Assembly: GCA_002084765.1 (NCBI GenBank)
Contig: NBMB01000012.1
Span: 21,084 to 85,083, forward strand
Reading direction: 5' to 3'
DNA length: 64,000 nucleotides
Source: Candidatus Cloacimonetes bacterium 4572_55
GTDB lineage: Bacteria > 4572-55
The translations under genes were made by a program, and so were the position numbers. Positions 1 through 10,329 of the stretch are shown in pieces; within the stretch, counting starts at the first letter, position 1; every line of letters begins with the position of its first letter. The notes under the pieces were generated by a model, which worked only from the letters and a program-made list of their open reading frames with translations, ran no database searches and was not told the origin of the DNA.

Positions 1-1
1 G

Positions 2-637
2 ACTATCGAGGCGGGCGCGGATTGTCTTGTGACATGGGACCCTCATACCTGGCAACTTCGAGGTTTTTACGGCTCTCTGTTGGTCTATATGTTGGAGTCG
101 CTTACTCTATTTATCAAAGTATTCGAGCGTTTTAGAGGACGGCGCGATGTGATAGCGATCTCGCCGGACGCCGGGGCTTCAAAATTTGTGACCCATTTCG
201 GACGGGCACTGAATCTGGATTGCGCTATCGGATCAAAATATCGTCCCAGACACGAGGTAGCGGAAATGACAGATATTATCGGAAATTTCCACGGAAAAAA
301 AATCGCTATTGTGTTAGACGATATGATCAGCAGCGGCGGCACCATGTTGGCTCTGATCGAGAAGTTGGCAAGTGAACATGAGTTGGAGGAAATTTATATA
401 GGATCTTCTCACAATCTCTGCTTAAATTCAGCATACGACCGGTTGTGTAAACTACACGAGTCGTATAATTTGAAAGAGGTGATTACCACAGATTCGATCC
501 CTCAAACGAAAAAATTTCTGGACTTGCCTTTTATTCGAGTCTGCTCATTGGCGGAGACGTTGGCGAGAACCATCAATCGCGTGCATTATAACCGGTCGGT
601 GAGCGAGGTGTTTTACCGACCAGGTGGGAAGGACTAA
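2..637 (+). CDS. prs: ribose-phosphate pyrophosphokinase (PRPP synthetase), 5-prime truncated by window edge
   Basis: Frame is open from position 2. PRPP-binding loop VLDDMISSGGT and flanking Prs-like blocks (ISPDAGASK, TTDSIPQ). Confidence 0.75.
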   Translation, partial: TIEAGADCLVTWDPHTWQLRGFYGSLLVYMLESLTLFIKVFERFRGRRDVIAISPDAGASKFVTHFGRALNLDCAIGSKYRPRHEVAEMTDIIGNFHGKKIAIVLDDMISSGGTMLALIEKLASEHELEEIYIGSSHNLCLNSAYDRLCKLHESYNLKEVITTDSIPQTKKFLDLPFIRVCSLAETLARTINRVHYNRSVSEVFYRPGGKD

Positions 638-707
638 ATTTCTTTCCGCGATATGGCGATGTGTGCCGCTCCCCATCCATCATCCGCCATTGCATATTTT
701 TCGGCTT

Positions 708-2159
708 TTATCTCGAAAATTGATCTTTGGTCCAGCGGTATATCTGTGTCTCAGTTGATTTTTTTTGAGAGACGTCCTCTTGGGAATCCGTGATACCCTC
801 CTCAAATTCATAGACTGCGAGTGCCGCTCCCTTCTTTTCCCATCTCCAACATCGGTATGCGTTTTCCATACAGGGATAAGATTCGATCTCGTGCGTCATA
901 TCCAGTTTATTATCATGGATACGATAAAATCGGGTGGCGTAAGCCTCCGCCGCGCCGCATAATCCCCGCCCCGTGCGAGAAAAATAGATACGGGTTACGG
1001 TAAATCCGGGCGAACCGTCGGCATAATGAAACGTCTCAAGACCGTAGGTCGTGGAGAACTGATGCCCGAAGTCTTGCACAGCGGCTTCGTCGAACCAACT
1101 GCCATAAGTCCGGTCCGCGCCGATAAGCAAGGCGTCTTTTAGGACGCTGTAGGCGACATTATCCTCATAACCGGCTGTCACGACCACATAGTCGTCCAGT
1201 TGATAGGCCGCAGTGATTTGGGGATAGAACTTCTTAAAATCGAACTTGAGGTTGCCCTGATCGTCCCATTCGGGTCGCAGCTCATGCAGGGTAAAACGCC
1301 ACTCCGAGCCGTCCCATTCCCAATAGCCGTTGGGATAGCAGCTGGGAAGAGGAGTTAAAGGGGACAACGCGGCTAATGCAGTTGGCTCAGAATTCTGTCG
1401 AAGAAGAGAGTGAATTTTATTGACTTGAATAGGTTGGCTGAGTTGAATCCAACTAAAAGTAGTCGGATCCGAGAACTTCCGCTCCGGCGAGGAGGAAAAT
1501 AGCATATCTTGCGCGGGTTTCTCGGGGTTGTCCGCGTCAATGACGTCGATCAGCGCGCCCAAGTCTGTGATTATGGGATCGGGTAGCTGAAAAAATCCTT
1601 CTGCAGACAAGGCGCACTCCAACCGATAGCCGGTCGATGTGGGAACCATGACGAATTGGATCGCGTCCAGAAGATCATCGCGATTTTCTGGAAGACAATA
1701 GGAGCTGATTCCGTCAAAACCAAACGCGATCTGGATCAGTCGGGTACGATCCACAACCAAAGTGGAAAGCTGTCCTTTATCATCTTCATTAGTGAACGAT
1801 TCTCGATCTTGATTCGGAATCGTGTCGAACCATATCTCGATATGATCGCTTTTCAATAACTGATCCGCGGACTTGGCTTTAACAAGAACATCGTCTGTTA
1901 CCACAACCGACAAATAGAGACGCTGCCGGTCAGAAGCCAGACTGTAGCTGAATTGTAAATCCTCAGCGCCTTCCCAGTTTCGCAATTTGAACACCGCATG
2001 GTTGCTTGTGGAGACAACGGTCTTTGGAAGGTCGTCCCAATCTGATAAGTCGCCATCTACGACGATCCCGCTCTCGGCAACCGCGGATATGATCGTGGGC
2101 TGGGCCCCGGCGAGGGCACTACTTGTACAAAAAATAATCAAAAAAAATAAAACTCTCAT
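708..2159 (-). CDS. secreted hypothetical protein
   Basis: Long ORF 708..2216. The signal-peptide-like MRVLFFLIIFCTSSALAGA begins at the internal Met (2159), so that start is preferred. No recognisable catalytic motif. Confidence 0.55.
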   Translation of the reverse strand: MRVLFFLIIFCTSSALAGAQPTIISAVAESGIVVDGDLSDWDDLPKTVVSTSNHAVFKLRNWEGAEDLQFSYSLASDRQRLYLSVVVTDDVLVKAKSADQLLKSDHIEIWFDTIPNQDRESFTNEDDKGQLSTLVVDRTRLIQIAFGFDGISSYCLPENRDDLLDAIQFVMVPTSTGYRLECALSAEGFFQLPDPIITDLGALIDVIDADNPEKPAQDMLFSSSPERKFSDPTTFSWIQLSQPIQVNKIHSLLRQNSEPTALAALSPLTPLPSCYPNGYWEWDGSEWRFTLHELRPEWDDQGNLKFDFKKFYPQITAAYQLDDYVVVTAGYEDNVAYSVLKDALLIGADRTYGSWFDEAAVQDFGHQFSTTYGLETFHYADGSPGFTVTRIYFSRTGRGLCGAAEAYATRFYRIHDNKLDMTHEIESYPCMENAYRCWRWEKKGAALAVYEFEEGITDSQEDVSQKKSTETQIYRWTKDQFSR

Positions 2160-2208
2160 ATCTCCCTCCAAAATTTTAATAGCGTGTTTTATGGGTCTAT
2201 CTAAAAAG

Positions 2209-2417
2209 TTATCCACAATTACGCGGAAGATCCCGTATAAAAAATTATCTATTTTTTGGATAAGAAAATGAATTTAATAGGTAAAATATTTTTTAAACAA
2301 CTTATTGATAAACCTATAGTTACCTAAAAACTTAACCTTTGTGTTATCTCTTAAATTTTCTGAAATCTTTATGGGTATCCCATATCGTTTTGTGGATAAC
2401 TTTTAGAGTTATCCACA
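2209..2417. promoter_or_regulatory. DnaA-box cluster with AT-rich tract (candidate oriC or DnaA-regulated region)
   Basis: Perfect TTATCCACA at 2209-2217 and 2409-2417, perfect reverse TGTGGATAA at 2391-2399, one-mismatch box at 2265-2273. AT-rich stretch 2225-2340 lies between them. Confidence 0.5.
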
Positions 2418-2449
2418 AAACCACCAACGGTTTGTGCGTAATCTACAGA

Positions 2450-2830
2450 TCAATCGTTATAACTGATCGTATGATCTGTTTCGTCGATTTGGTCGTTCAA
2501 CAGATCAAGGATTTCAAATGCCAAGATATTGACCAGGCTAATGGTATCGAAATCTGACGATTCTTTCAACAAGATGGTGTGCATTCCCTTCAGTTTTTTC
2601 TCAATAGAAAGGTCTTTATCATCTCCATATTTGATGTCTTCTATCACGGCGTCGATCACTTCCCCGATCCACATCAACAAAATCCGGCGCTTGTGCTTGT
2701 TATTCTGCACCTTCTTGACATCCAGATATTTGTCATTTTTTTGATTGGTGGTCATAAATCGGTCGCCTTGCGCTATTAAATTGTCGGCATACGCTTGTAA
2801 AACTTCGACCACACCCTCATGAATTTTCAT
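2450..2830 (-). CDS. hypothetical acidic protein (126 aa)
   Basis: Clean ORF with no overlap; no recognisable domain. Confidence 0.5.
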   Translation of the reverse strand: MKIHEGVVEVLQAYADNLIAQGDRFMTTNQKNDKYLDVKKVQNNKHKRRILLMWIGEVIDAVIEDIKYGDDKDLSIEKKLKGMHTILLKESSDFDTISLVNILAFEILDLLNDQIDETDHTISYND

Positions 2831-2995
2831 TGCATACTCCTTTTTTCAGGTGGTGACGGAAAGAGGACAATCACCGCGATAAATCACCCGATTCGTTCTT
2901 ACATTCGTTCATACAATAGCATAAAACAGCGGCGTAAATATATAAATTTTTTTTTGCAAATTTCCCAATATTTGAAATAGAATCTGATCCGTAAT

Positions 2996-3202
2996 TTAAT
3001 CTAATATAATGACATATTTTCTACGCACCATTTTCTGAACTCCATCATATTCAACCGTCAATATCTCTTGCCCATCTCCCTCTTTAATAACGGACAAAAC
3101 CTCTCCCTCTGGGATGACAATCCCGTCAACGAAGCGATGCGCTTGAATCGTTTTAATAACCACTAAAATTTCTCCTCTATTCATATCTAAAAATATCCAC
3201 AT
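2996..3202 (-). CDS. hypothetical small protein (68 aa)
   Basis: Short ORF in an intergenic gap; no motif recognised. Confidence 0.3.
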   Translation of the reverse strand: MWIFLDMNRGEILVVIKTIQAHRFVDGIVIPEGEVLSVIKEGDGQEILTVEYDGVQKMVRRKYVIILD

Positions 3203-3319
3203 CTAAAAAAAAATTTCCAACATAACTGTTACAATTGACCCGTTCCATAGAATTTACCCAAATTGAACAATTGCTGATTTCTGCTCTGATTATGTCATTA
3301 ACCGTCTTGTTTGTCAAGC

Positions 3320-4048
3320 CTAAATTTCTTTACTCAGAGAGGGTATCAAGTGATCGCCGGAAGGTCGCATATCAAAGCCGAGCAGGATAGACGGTAAGTC
3401 GCCCCCGCCGGTCTCCTTGCACATTTTTTGTGACAGCCCTTGAGCCAGCAATCGATAGACGGGTCTTAGCGGTAACGCGATCACAACCGGGTTACGTCGC
3501 GTTCCACAACCAACTGGGTCGCCTTCATAGACATGCGCGTCTCGACACGTCAGAGGGCGGTATTCGTAAATCATACAGCGTCTGTTATCCAGCAAAAAAA
3601 TACATGGGAGTTGCAGCCGATTTTGTTTCTCAATATGAGATTGATAACGCCGCTGATGCTCGTCGATTTGCATATGGACTGGAAAGATTTGAAATTTTTC
3701 ACGGAGAAGTCGGACGCGCTCACGCGACTTTTTCAAGATGTTCGGAAGGAGCGAGAACCGATTTAATCGGCAAAAAATATGATAAGCCTCTGCGTAGGAG
3801 ACAATAAGTGCTTGACAGCAACAATGACCGCATCCCGCGCCGCATAAAGGCGGATTTCCATACAATTTGGTCGCAGCATCGGTAGTTTGTCGAATCAATT
3901 CGTCAGCAAATAGATACAAGCTGTCCATCTTTTGGGCAAAGTTGGAGTCGTTCACTTGATCAAGTTCGCCGGTCAAAAAATGAATCATGGATTCAAGCGA
4001 ATGGAGACCGGATTGGAGCCGACGCGGCTCAGCGTTTGGAGCAATCAT
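3320..4048 (-). CDS. YkgJ-family cysteine-cluster protein (CxxCxxCC putative Zn/Fe-chelating domain)
   Basis: Motif CGAGCGHCC and downstream C...YRPLTCR, typical of the UPF0153/YkgJ family. Confidence 0.65.
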   Translation of the reverse strand: MIAPNAEPRRLQSGLHSLESMIHFLTGELDQVNDSNFAQKMDSLYLFADELIRQTTDAATKLYGNPPLCGAGCGHCCCQALIVSYAEAYHIFCRLNRFSLLPNILKKSRERVRLLREKFQIFPVHMQIDEHQRRYQSHIEKQNRLQLPCIFLLDNRRCMIYEYRPLTCRDAHVYEGDPVGCGTRRNPVVIALPLRPVYRLLAQGLSQKMCKETGGGDLPSILLGFDMRPSGDHLIPSLSKEI

Positions 4049-4299
4049 AGCGCAGTAACCGAGATAATGAGTTAAGGAGTGCCGCCATACAGCGCAAAAA
4101 TATGAAAACTAAATGAAATATAATCAGATTCTCATAAAATTGCTTGCGATTCTTAAAAAATTCGATAATTTCTAACCAAAATAATTCGTCACAAGAGGCA
4201 GTAAAGCATGGAAGGTGATCCGCAGATTACGCAAATTACCATAGAGTTTTGACGCAAAATTCGTCATTCGTCATTCATAGAAACATATTCGGCATTAAC

Positions 4300-4510
4300 A
4301 AGTGCCATAAGGCTTAATCGGGAAACCGGTGCGATTCCGGTACAGTCCCCGCTACTGTAATTGGTGACAAACCCAACCACGCCACTGTCCTGTAGATGGG
4401 AAGGCATGGGTGACGGATGATCCATGAGTCAGGAGACCTGCTTGATAATGCGCTGGACCGATCCTTCGGGGGGTGAGGAGAAGTGTCGTCGGCACAGTTG
4501 GATGAATCCA
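4300..4510 (+). promoter_or_regulatory. cobalamin (B12) riboswitch
   Basis: AATCGGGAAACCGGTGCGATTCCGG, GCCACTG, and B12-box-like AGTCAGGAGACCTGC at 4427-4441, immediately upstream of a TonB-dependent receptor gene. Confidence 0.8.
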
Positions 4511-4596
4511 CCGATAGTCGGCGCACAAAATAGAATAAGCCCGATCTCCAAGCCGCCTTTAGATTTGAATATCATGCTTATTCTATTTTATTAGCT

Positions 4597-6762
4597 ATGA
4601 AAAACGTTACTATTATTTTCCTCTGGATAGCATTTTTCCTCCCACCCTGGACAGTTCAAGCCGACGCGGTAAGCGGTCGATTGGTGGACGCGCAGACAGG
4701 ACGACCAGTTATCAGCGCGGAGATCCGATTCCATCTCGACCAATCGCTCTCCGAATATCGCGTCAGCGACGATCAAGGTCGCTTCTTTTTTGCCATAGAA
4801 AAATCCATCGCCTGTTCCCTGACGATCTGTCATATCGGATACAAAACCGTGACTCTGCCAGTTGATTATTCGACGACCATGAGAGTCTGTTTACAACCGA
4901 ATCTGCTTGAATCTCCGACTCTGCTGGTAACTGGATCCAGATTGCCCATGTTTGCCAACGATATCGCGGGTTCAATCAGCCTGATCACTTCCGAGGACTT
5001 GGCGCACGCAACGGGCTCCTCTCTGTCCGACGTGATGCGCGGGGTCGGGGGGATGACGCAACGAGCGTACGGAGGACCAGGAGGATTGCGCGCCTTATCG
5101 ATTCGAGGAGGCGCGACGCATCACACCGTAGTTTTGCTGGACGGCGTCCGCATCAATAGCGATCAAAATGGGATTCTGGACGGAAATATTTTGCCATTAT
5201 CGATTATCCGACAGATTGAGGTCTATAAAAGTGGCAATTCCGCGGTACATGGCGCGGACGCGGTCTCCGGCGTGATCAATATCTCGACGGAACAGCACCA
5301 AATTCCTGGATTTCGGATAGCTGCCAGCGTCGGTTCATTCGGCTATCGGGATATAAGCGGATCTGCCTCGCAATCTCACGATTCCTTCGGAGATCTGAGC
5401 ATGATTTTTTCCGATGAACGGTCGGACGGGGATTTCCCCTATCGTTACAGGGGGAAAGAACAGAAGCGGACACATGCCGATTATCACCGTCAAAATTTAT
5501 TGGTCAAATACAGCGTTAATCCATTTCAAAATCTATCTTTAAAATGGCAGACTCTTTATCATCAATCAGATGTCGGCGCGCCGAGACAGATCAGTCAAGG
5601 CGAAAGTTCTGCAAGCCAAGGCGCGCGCCAACATGATGAAAATTTGTTCGGGCAGTGCGTTGTGACATATCTGTTTCACAAAAAGCACTCGTTAGAACTG
5701 ACTCTGTTCGGTCAATCGGATGATCAGAAATACAATGACCCAAATATTGTTATCAACGGCGAAGTTCTCGATAGCCGTCACGAACCGAGTAGCGCGGGCG
5801 GGCGCGTCGATTTTCAGGCAAAAAATAGAGGAATTCATTCGTTCGATATGGGCTATGAATTTCGGATCGGGAAAATTCGCAGCACAGATGTCCGCGGAAC
5901 TATTCGTGGCCGACATAGCTTTTTTTTCCTGGATGTGATTCGCCCTCAAATTGGAGGGGAATCTGCGCGCGTCTCGTTGCAACCAGCTTTTCGTATCGAT
6001 CATTTTTCCGATTTTGGTGCTCAGTATAGCCCAAAGATCGGCATACTGGTATCGATAGGCTCAATAATGGATCGGGCACTCTCAATATCCAGTTATGCAA
6101 ATGTCGGACGTAACTTCCGAGCACCCACATTCAACGATATGTACTGGCGAGAAGGCGGCAATCCCGAGCTTGATCCGGAACAGGCTCTGCACGCAGAAGC
6201 CGGAGCTCTTGTGAGCCAGAGTCATGGTGCGATCAGGTGGGAAATCAAAGCCAGCACTTTTTTGAATCACATCAAAAACCAAATTATCTGGCAGCCGAAC
6301 AGCGACGGTATCTGGCGACCGCAAAATTTGAGCGAGGTTCATATCCATGGTTGGGAGAGCGACGTAACGCTGATTTTATTTCATAATCGCCTTAAATTAA
6401 ACGGTAACTGTAGCCGAGTCCTTTCTCGACATCACGCGCCGGGGCAACACACACACAACCAACAATCGCCTTATATACCGGAAACCTCGTGCAACTTCTC
6501 TCTTCAAGCAAAACAGAAAGGGTGGCGAGGATCAGTCTCGATTCATTATGAGGGACAGCGGTATATCACTCTGAACAATTCATCCTATCTCCCTGATTAT
6601 TACCGTGTTGACGGGCAGATCGGCTATCGATTTTTATGGAAAAATTACAAGCAGACCGTGGAAATCGAAGCACTGAATGTAACCGACGCCCGTTATGAGA
6701 CGATCAAATATTTCCCAGCAGTTAGCCGAGAATATAGGCTGCGATTTGTTATTTCATTCTAA
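4597..6762 (+). CDS. TonB-dependent outer-membrane receptor, probably cobalamin transporter (BtuB-like)
   Basis: Signal peptide, CarbopepD_reg-like N-terminus, plug-domain blocks (LLVTGSR, SIRGG, VVLLDGVRIN), C-terminal aromatic residue (…VISF), B12 riboswitch in leader. Confidence 0.85.
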   Translation: MKNVTIIFLWIAFFLPPWTVQADAVSGRLVDAQTGRPVISAEIRFHLDQSLSEYRVSDDQGRFFFAIEKSIACSLTICHIGYKTVTLPVDYSTTMRVCLQPNLLESPTLLVTGSRLPMFANDIAGSISLITSEDLAHATGSSLSDVMRGVGGMTQRAYGGPGGLRALSIRGGATHHTVVLLDGVRINSDQNGILDGNILPLSIIRQIEVYKSGNSAVHGADAVSGVINISTEQHQIPGFRIAASVGSFGYRDISGSASQSHDSFGDLSMIFSDERSDGDFPYRYRGKEQKRTHADYHRQNLLVKYSVNPFQNLSLKWQTLYHQSDVGAPRQISQGESSASQGARQHDENLFGQCVVTYLFHKKHSLELTLFGQSDDQKYNDPNIVINGEVLDSRHEPSSAGGRVDFQAKNRGIHSFDMGYEFRIGKIRSTDVRGTIRGRHSFFFLDVIRPQIGGESARVSLQPAFRIDHFSDFGAQYSPKIGILVSIGSIMDRALSISSYANVGRNFRAPTFNDMYWREGGNPELDPEQALHAEAGALVSQSHGAIRWEIKASTFLNHIKNQIIWQPNSDGIWRPQNLSEVHIHGWESDVTLILFHNRLKLNGNCSRVLSRHHAPGQHTHNQQSPYIPETSCNFSLQAKQKGWRGSVSIHYEGQRYITLNNSSYLPDYYRVDGQIGYRFLWKNYKQTVEIEALNVTDARYETIKYFPAVSREYRLRFVISF

Positions 6763-6818
6763 CCTATTTTGTTTTATTCTTTTTCACGAATGTTTCTTTT
6801 CACAAAGGAGGAAAACGC

Positions 6819-7919
6819 ATGCGTTTTCAAAATCGATCGATTTATTCACTCGCTGTGCTTATTGCTTTGACAGTGCTTTTCTGTTCCATGTCTTGCTCGG
6901 ATGATGAGGCTACTCAGGAGGAATTTCCGTTTCATGAAGACGGAATATTTATTGTAAACGAGGGGAATTTTAATTCAGGAAACAGCAGTCTTTCCTTTTA
7001 TAGCTTTGATAAAAATCGGATTTACAATGGATTATTTGAAAAATGGACTGGACAGGAGCTGGGTGATGTGGCGCAAAGTATGGTCATTGAATACAATATG
7101 GGCTATATTGTGGTCAATAACTCCGATAAGATCGAAATGATTCGGATAACCGACGGGGAATCGCAAGGGACTATCGAACTTGAGCAAGGCTTCAGCCCCC
7201 GGGACATCGTCTTTACGACCTATGGGGAAAAAGCCTATATTAGCAGCCTGTATCAAAACAAGGTGGCAGTTATCGACATGGATTCGCTGACCGTCTCGGG
7301 GACTATCCCGGTTGGCAATAATCCAGAAGAGATGGAGTTGATCGACGGGAAGTTGTATGTGGCAAATTCCGGCTTTGGTAGCGGAAATTCCATCTCCGTG
7401 ATCGATACGGAAAGTGATACAGTGATTGGAGAGATCGCGGTCGGGGACAATCCGGTGAATCTGGAATATACCGCTACCCTTACCTCTGGCACCCATTTGG
7501 TGATCTTATGCCACGGTAGTTACAATGACTTCGACGATCCGAACGACGATACTCCGGGACAGTTGGCGATTTATGACATCTCGTCCGAGTCGATTATCCA
7601 CACGCGGACCATCGACGGGCATCCAACGGATTTGGCGGTCAATTATCCTGGCGTGGGCTATTATATCCTGAACAACAAGGTGGTCTCGTTCAGCGTCTCG
7701 GATTGTTCTGTGATTAACGACAGCCTGATCGTTGTGGATTCTGGCGCGCTCTACAGTCTGGAAGCCCAGGGCGGTCGCATTTTTGTGGGAAATGCAATGG
7801 ATTTTGTCTCGAACGGAAAAGTAACTGTCTATGACGAGGAGGGCGTCCAGCTTTTTTCTGCCAATGTGGGCGTCAATCCCGGGGCGTTTGCTTTTGTCGG
7901 ATGGTTTACGATTGACTAA
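6819..7919 (+). CDS. YncE/YVTN-type beta-propeller surface lipoprotein (possibly BtuG-like B12-binding partner)
   Basis: Signal peptide with Cys-containing lipobox-like segment (LFCSMSC). Repeated YVTN-like blades (KLYVANSG...ISVIDTESD). Sits 57 nt downstream of the receptor gene. Confidence 0.65.
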   Translation: MRFQNRSIYSLAVLIALTVLFCSMSCSDDEATQEEFPFHEDGIFIVNEGNFNSGNSSLSFYSFDKNRIYNGLFEKWTGQELGDVAQSMVIEYNMGYIVVNNSDKIEMIRITDGESQGTIELEQGFSPRDIVFTTYGEKAYISSLYQNKVAVIDMDSLTVSGTIPVGNNPEEMELIDGKLYVANSGFGSGNSISVIDTESDTVIGEIAVGDNPVNLEYTATLTSGTHLVILCHGSYNDFDDPNDDTPGQLAIYDISSESIIHTRTIDGHPTDLAVNYPGVGYYILNNKVVSFSVSDCSVINDSLIVVDSGALYSLEAQGGRIFVGNAMDFVSNGKVTVYDEEGVQLFSANVGVNPGAFAFVGWFTID

Positions 7920-8236
7920 AAGCCTGCTCCGATCAATACAGAGCCGCGAGATTTCCCTTGCGGCTCTGAGATCTGCTGCAAGGGAACAACTCTTATACAT
8001 CGGGTTTATCCCATTTACTCTTGAGTCCACTCTAAAAAGGGTCTTTTTGCGAAAATTGCTGAAACCGTTTGTTGATATTGTTGAACTTACGACACGTAAA
8101 TTTAGCAAAATCACCCAAATTTTTAGTTTTTAGAGGGGACTCACTCTTGCTACAAAGTTTGTGAAATTCGCGAAATCTGCGGATACTTCGGATCACTAAT
8201 CTACGAAATTACGAAATAAGGAACGGATGCTTAACT

Positions 8237-9154
8237 ATGGATTACAAAGAGGATTTATACAAAGTTTTGGGGCTGGGTGAGGACGCAAGCCGGAAGGATA
8301 TCCGAAAAGCGTTCCGTAATCTGAGCAAAAAATATCATCCGGACAAAAACATAGGGGATAAAGCGGCTGAGAAGGAATTTAAAAAAATTAGCCAAGCCTA
8401 TGATATTCTAAAAGATGAGAAAAAGAAAAATCAATACGATCATATGAGAAAATATGGCTTTCAAGGCGGGACAGATCAGAATTTTCAAGACCTTTTTGGC
8501 GATAGTTTTCACCGCCAATATGGTTCCGGCGGGGAAGAGTTCACGTTTCATACCGGTGGATCAGGAGGCGGTTTAGAGGATGTTTTTGGCCAAATTTTTC
8601 AATCTTCCAAAAAAAGAAAGCAGCGGATTAAGGGAGAAGATATGCGGAGCGAGATCACGATTCCTTTTATGACCGCCGCGATCGGAGGATCGGTTGATGT
8701 GACGCTGCAGCAACCGGACAATTATACCACTCGAACCCTCAATATCAAAATCCCGTCCGGTGTAGACGATGACGAAAAAATCCGCTTGCGCGGACAGGGA
8801 AACCCTGGCATTCGCGGTGGAGCCAACGGCGATTTGATCGTGTCTCTGCATGTCGAGCCGCATTCTTTTTATCGGCGAAAAGAGTTGGATATTCTTGTCG
8901 AGATGAAGATCAACTTTGGTCAAGCTGTTTTTGGATCAACTGTCACCGTTGAAAGTATCCATAACAAGCGGGTAAATCTGAAAATTAAACAGGGAACACA
9001 GGGAGGGACGGTATTGCGAGTTCCGGGAATGGGAATTCAAAAGGGCTCTCGACGGGGAGATATGTTGATCACTCTACAAGTCAAAATTCCCAAATTTTTG
9101 GATGCCAAACAACAACAGTTGGTACAAGAACTCTGCGAAGTATTTGAATGGTAG
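8237..9154 (+). CDS. DnaJ-domain co-chaperone (CbpA-like, no zinc-finger region)
   Basis: N-terminal J domain with HPDKN motif, Gly-rich linker, DnaJ C-terminal substrate-binding region. Confidence 0.8.
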   Translation: MDYKEDLYKVLGLGEDASRKDIRKAFRNLSKKYHPDKNIGDKAAEKEFKKISQAYDILKDEKKKNQYDHMRKYGFQGGTDQNFQDLFGDSFHRQYGSGGEEFTFHTGGSGGGLEDVFGQIFQSSKKRKQRIKGEDMRSEITIPFMTAAIGGSVDVTLQQPDNYTTRTLNIKIPSGVDDDEKIRLRGQGNPGIRGGANGDLIVSLHVEPHSFYRRKELDILVEMKINFGQAVFGSTVTVESIHNKRVNLKIKQGTQGGTVLRVPGMGIQKGSRRGDMLITLQVKIPKFLDAKQQQLVQELCEVFEW

Positions 9155-9171
9155 AGTCGCAGTAGTTTCAA

Positions 9172-9205
9172 ACCCTTAGGGTTCATACCCTAAGGGGTTT
9201 TTTTC
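9172..9205 (+). terminator. rho-independent terminator
   Basis: Hairpin CCCTTAGGGT / ACCCTAAGGG followed by a T7 run, just after the DnaJ-like stop. Confidence 0.6.
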
Positions 9206-9220
9206 TTCAGAATATCGAGC

Positions 9221-10294
9221 CTACTTCACGGTTTTAGCTTTGTCCTCTTTCTCAAGATCCGGATTTGACTCAATCAATTCCAATTTTTCTCGGATTTCGG
9301 TATCGATAGCGTCGGAGATATTTTTATTTTCCAGCAAAAATTTCTTACAATTCTCCTTACCTTGTCCCAGGCGGGTATCCTTGTATGAATACCAGGTGCC
9401 GCTTTTTTGCAGAATTTTCATATCGGTTCCTATATCGATCAATTCCCCCTCTTTGGAGATGCCGATTCCATACATGATATCGAATTCCGCCTCTCGGAAG
9501 GGGGCGGCTAACTTATTCTTTACCACGCGGACGCGGGTTCGGTTGCCAACGACTCGATCCGACGTTTTTATCGAGGATGTGCGTCGAATATCGAGGCGTA
9601 CACTGGAATAAAATTTCAGAGCATTTCCACCGGTTGTCGTCTCCGGACTACCGAACATGACCCCGATTTTCATACGAATTTGGTTGATAAAAAAGAGGCA
9701 GGTTTTGGATCGACTTACTGCGGACGTCAATTTTCGCAACGCCTGCGACATAAGTCGGGCTTGCAGTCCCATGTGACGATCGCCCATTTCTCCTTCGATC
9801 TCACTTCTCGGGACCAAAGCGGCGACCGAATCGATGACCACAATATCCACCGCGTTGCTTCGGGTCAAAATTTCCGCTATCTCCAGAGCTTGCTCCCCAT
9901 GGTCGGGTTGTGAGATCAGCAGGTTTTTGATATCGATTCCGAGGGATCGGGCATATCGAGCGTCCAGCGCGTGCTCGGCGTCGATAAAAGCCGCAACTCC
10001 ATTCTTTTTTTGCACCTCGGCGATGGCGTGGAGTGCCAACGTAGTTTTCCCGGACGACTCAGGTCCATAAACCTCAACTACCCGTCCTCGGGGATACCCG
10101 CCGACGCCGATTGCCGCGTCCAGCGCGATACTTCCGGTCGGGATCACATCCACATTGATCTTGGCACTGTCATCGCCCAACTTCATAATATAACCCTTGC
10201 CGAACTGCTTCTCGATCTGAAATATCGCCTCTTCGACGGCTTTCATCTCATTCGTTTCGGTTGTGAGGGATTTCTTTTTTGCACTTGACTTCAC
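9221..10294 (-). CDS. recA: recombinase RecA
   Basis: Walker [10 protein letters not shown] and full-length RecA blocks. GTG start preceded by AAGGAGG. Confidence 0.95.
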   Translation of the reverse strand: MKSSAKKKSLTTETNEMKAVEEAIFQIEKQFGKGYIMKLGDDSAKINVDVIPTGSIALDAAIGVGGYPRGRVVEVYGPESSGKTTLALHAIAEVQKKNGVAAFIDAEHALDARYARSLGIDIKNLLISQPDHGEQALEIAEILTRSNAVDIVVIDSVAALVPRSEIEGEMGDRHMGLQARLMSQALRKLTSAVSRSKTCLFFINQIRMKIGVMFGSPETTTGGNALKFYSSVRLDIRRTSSIKTSDRVVGNRTRVRVVKNKLAAPFREAEFDIMYGIGISKEGELIDIGTDMKILQKSGTWYSYKDTRLGQGKENCKKFLLENKNISDAIDTEIREKLELIESNPDLEKEDKAKTVK

Positions 10295-10329
10295 GTACGC
10301 CTCCTTTTATGAATTACGAATTACGAATT

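Noticed and set aside
2996-3202. AbrB/MazE-like swapped-hairpin fold for the 68-aa ORF
   Set aside because: The IVIPEGEV...GDG resemblance is too weak to call; kept only as a low-confidence hypothetical CDS.
4314-4833. ORFs 4314..4526 (-) and 4591..4833 (-)
   Set aside because: They are antisense to the cobalamin riboswitch and the start of the TonB-dependent receptor gene.
7506-8133. ORFs 7506..8114 (-) and 7831..8133 (+)
   Set aside because: They overlap the well-supported beta-propeller lipoprotein gene or the intergenic leader of the DnaJ-like gene; no motif support.
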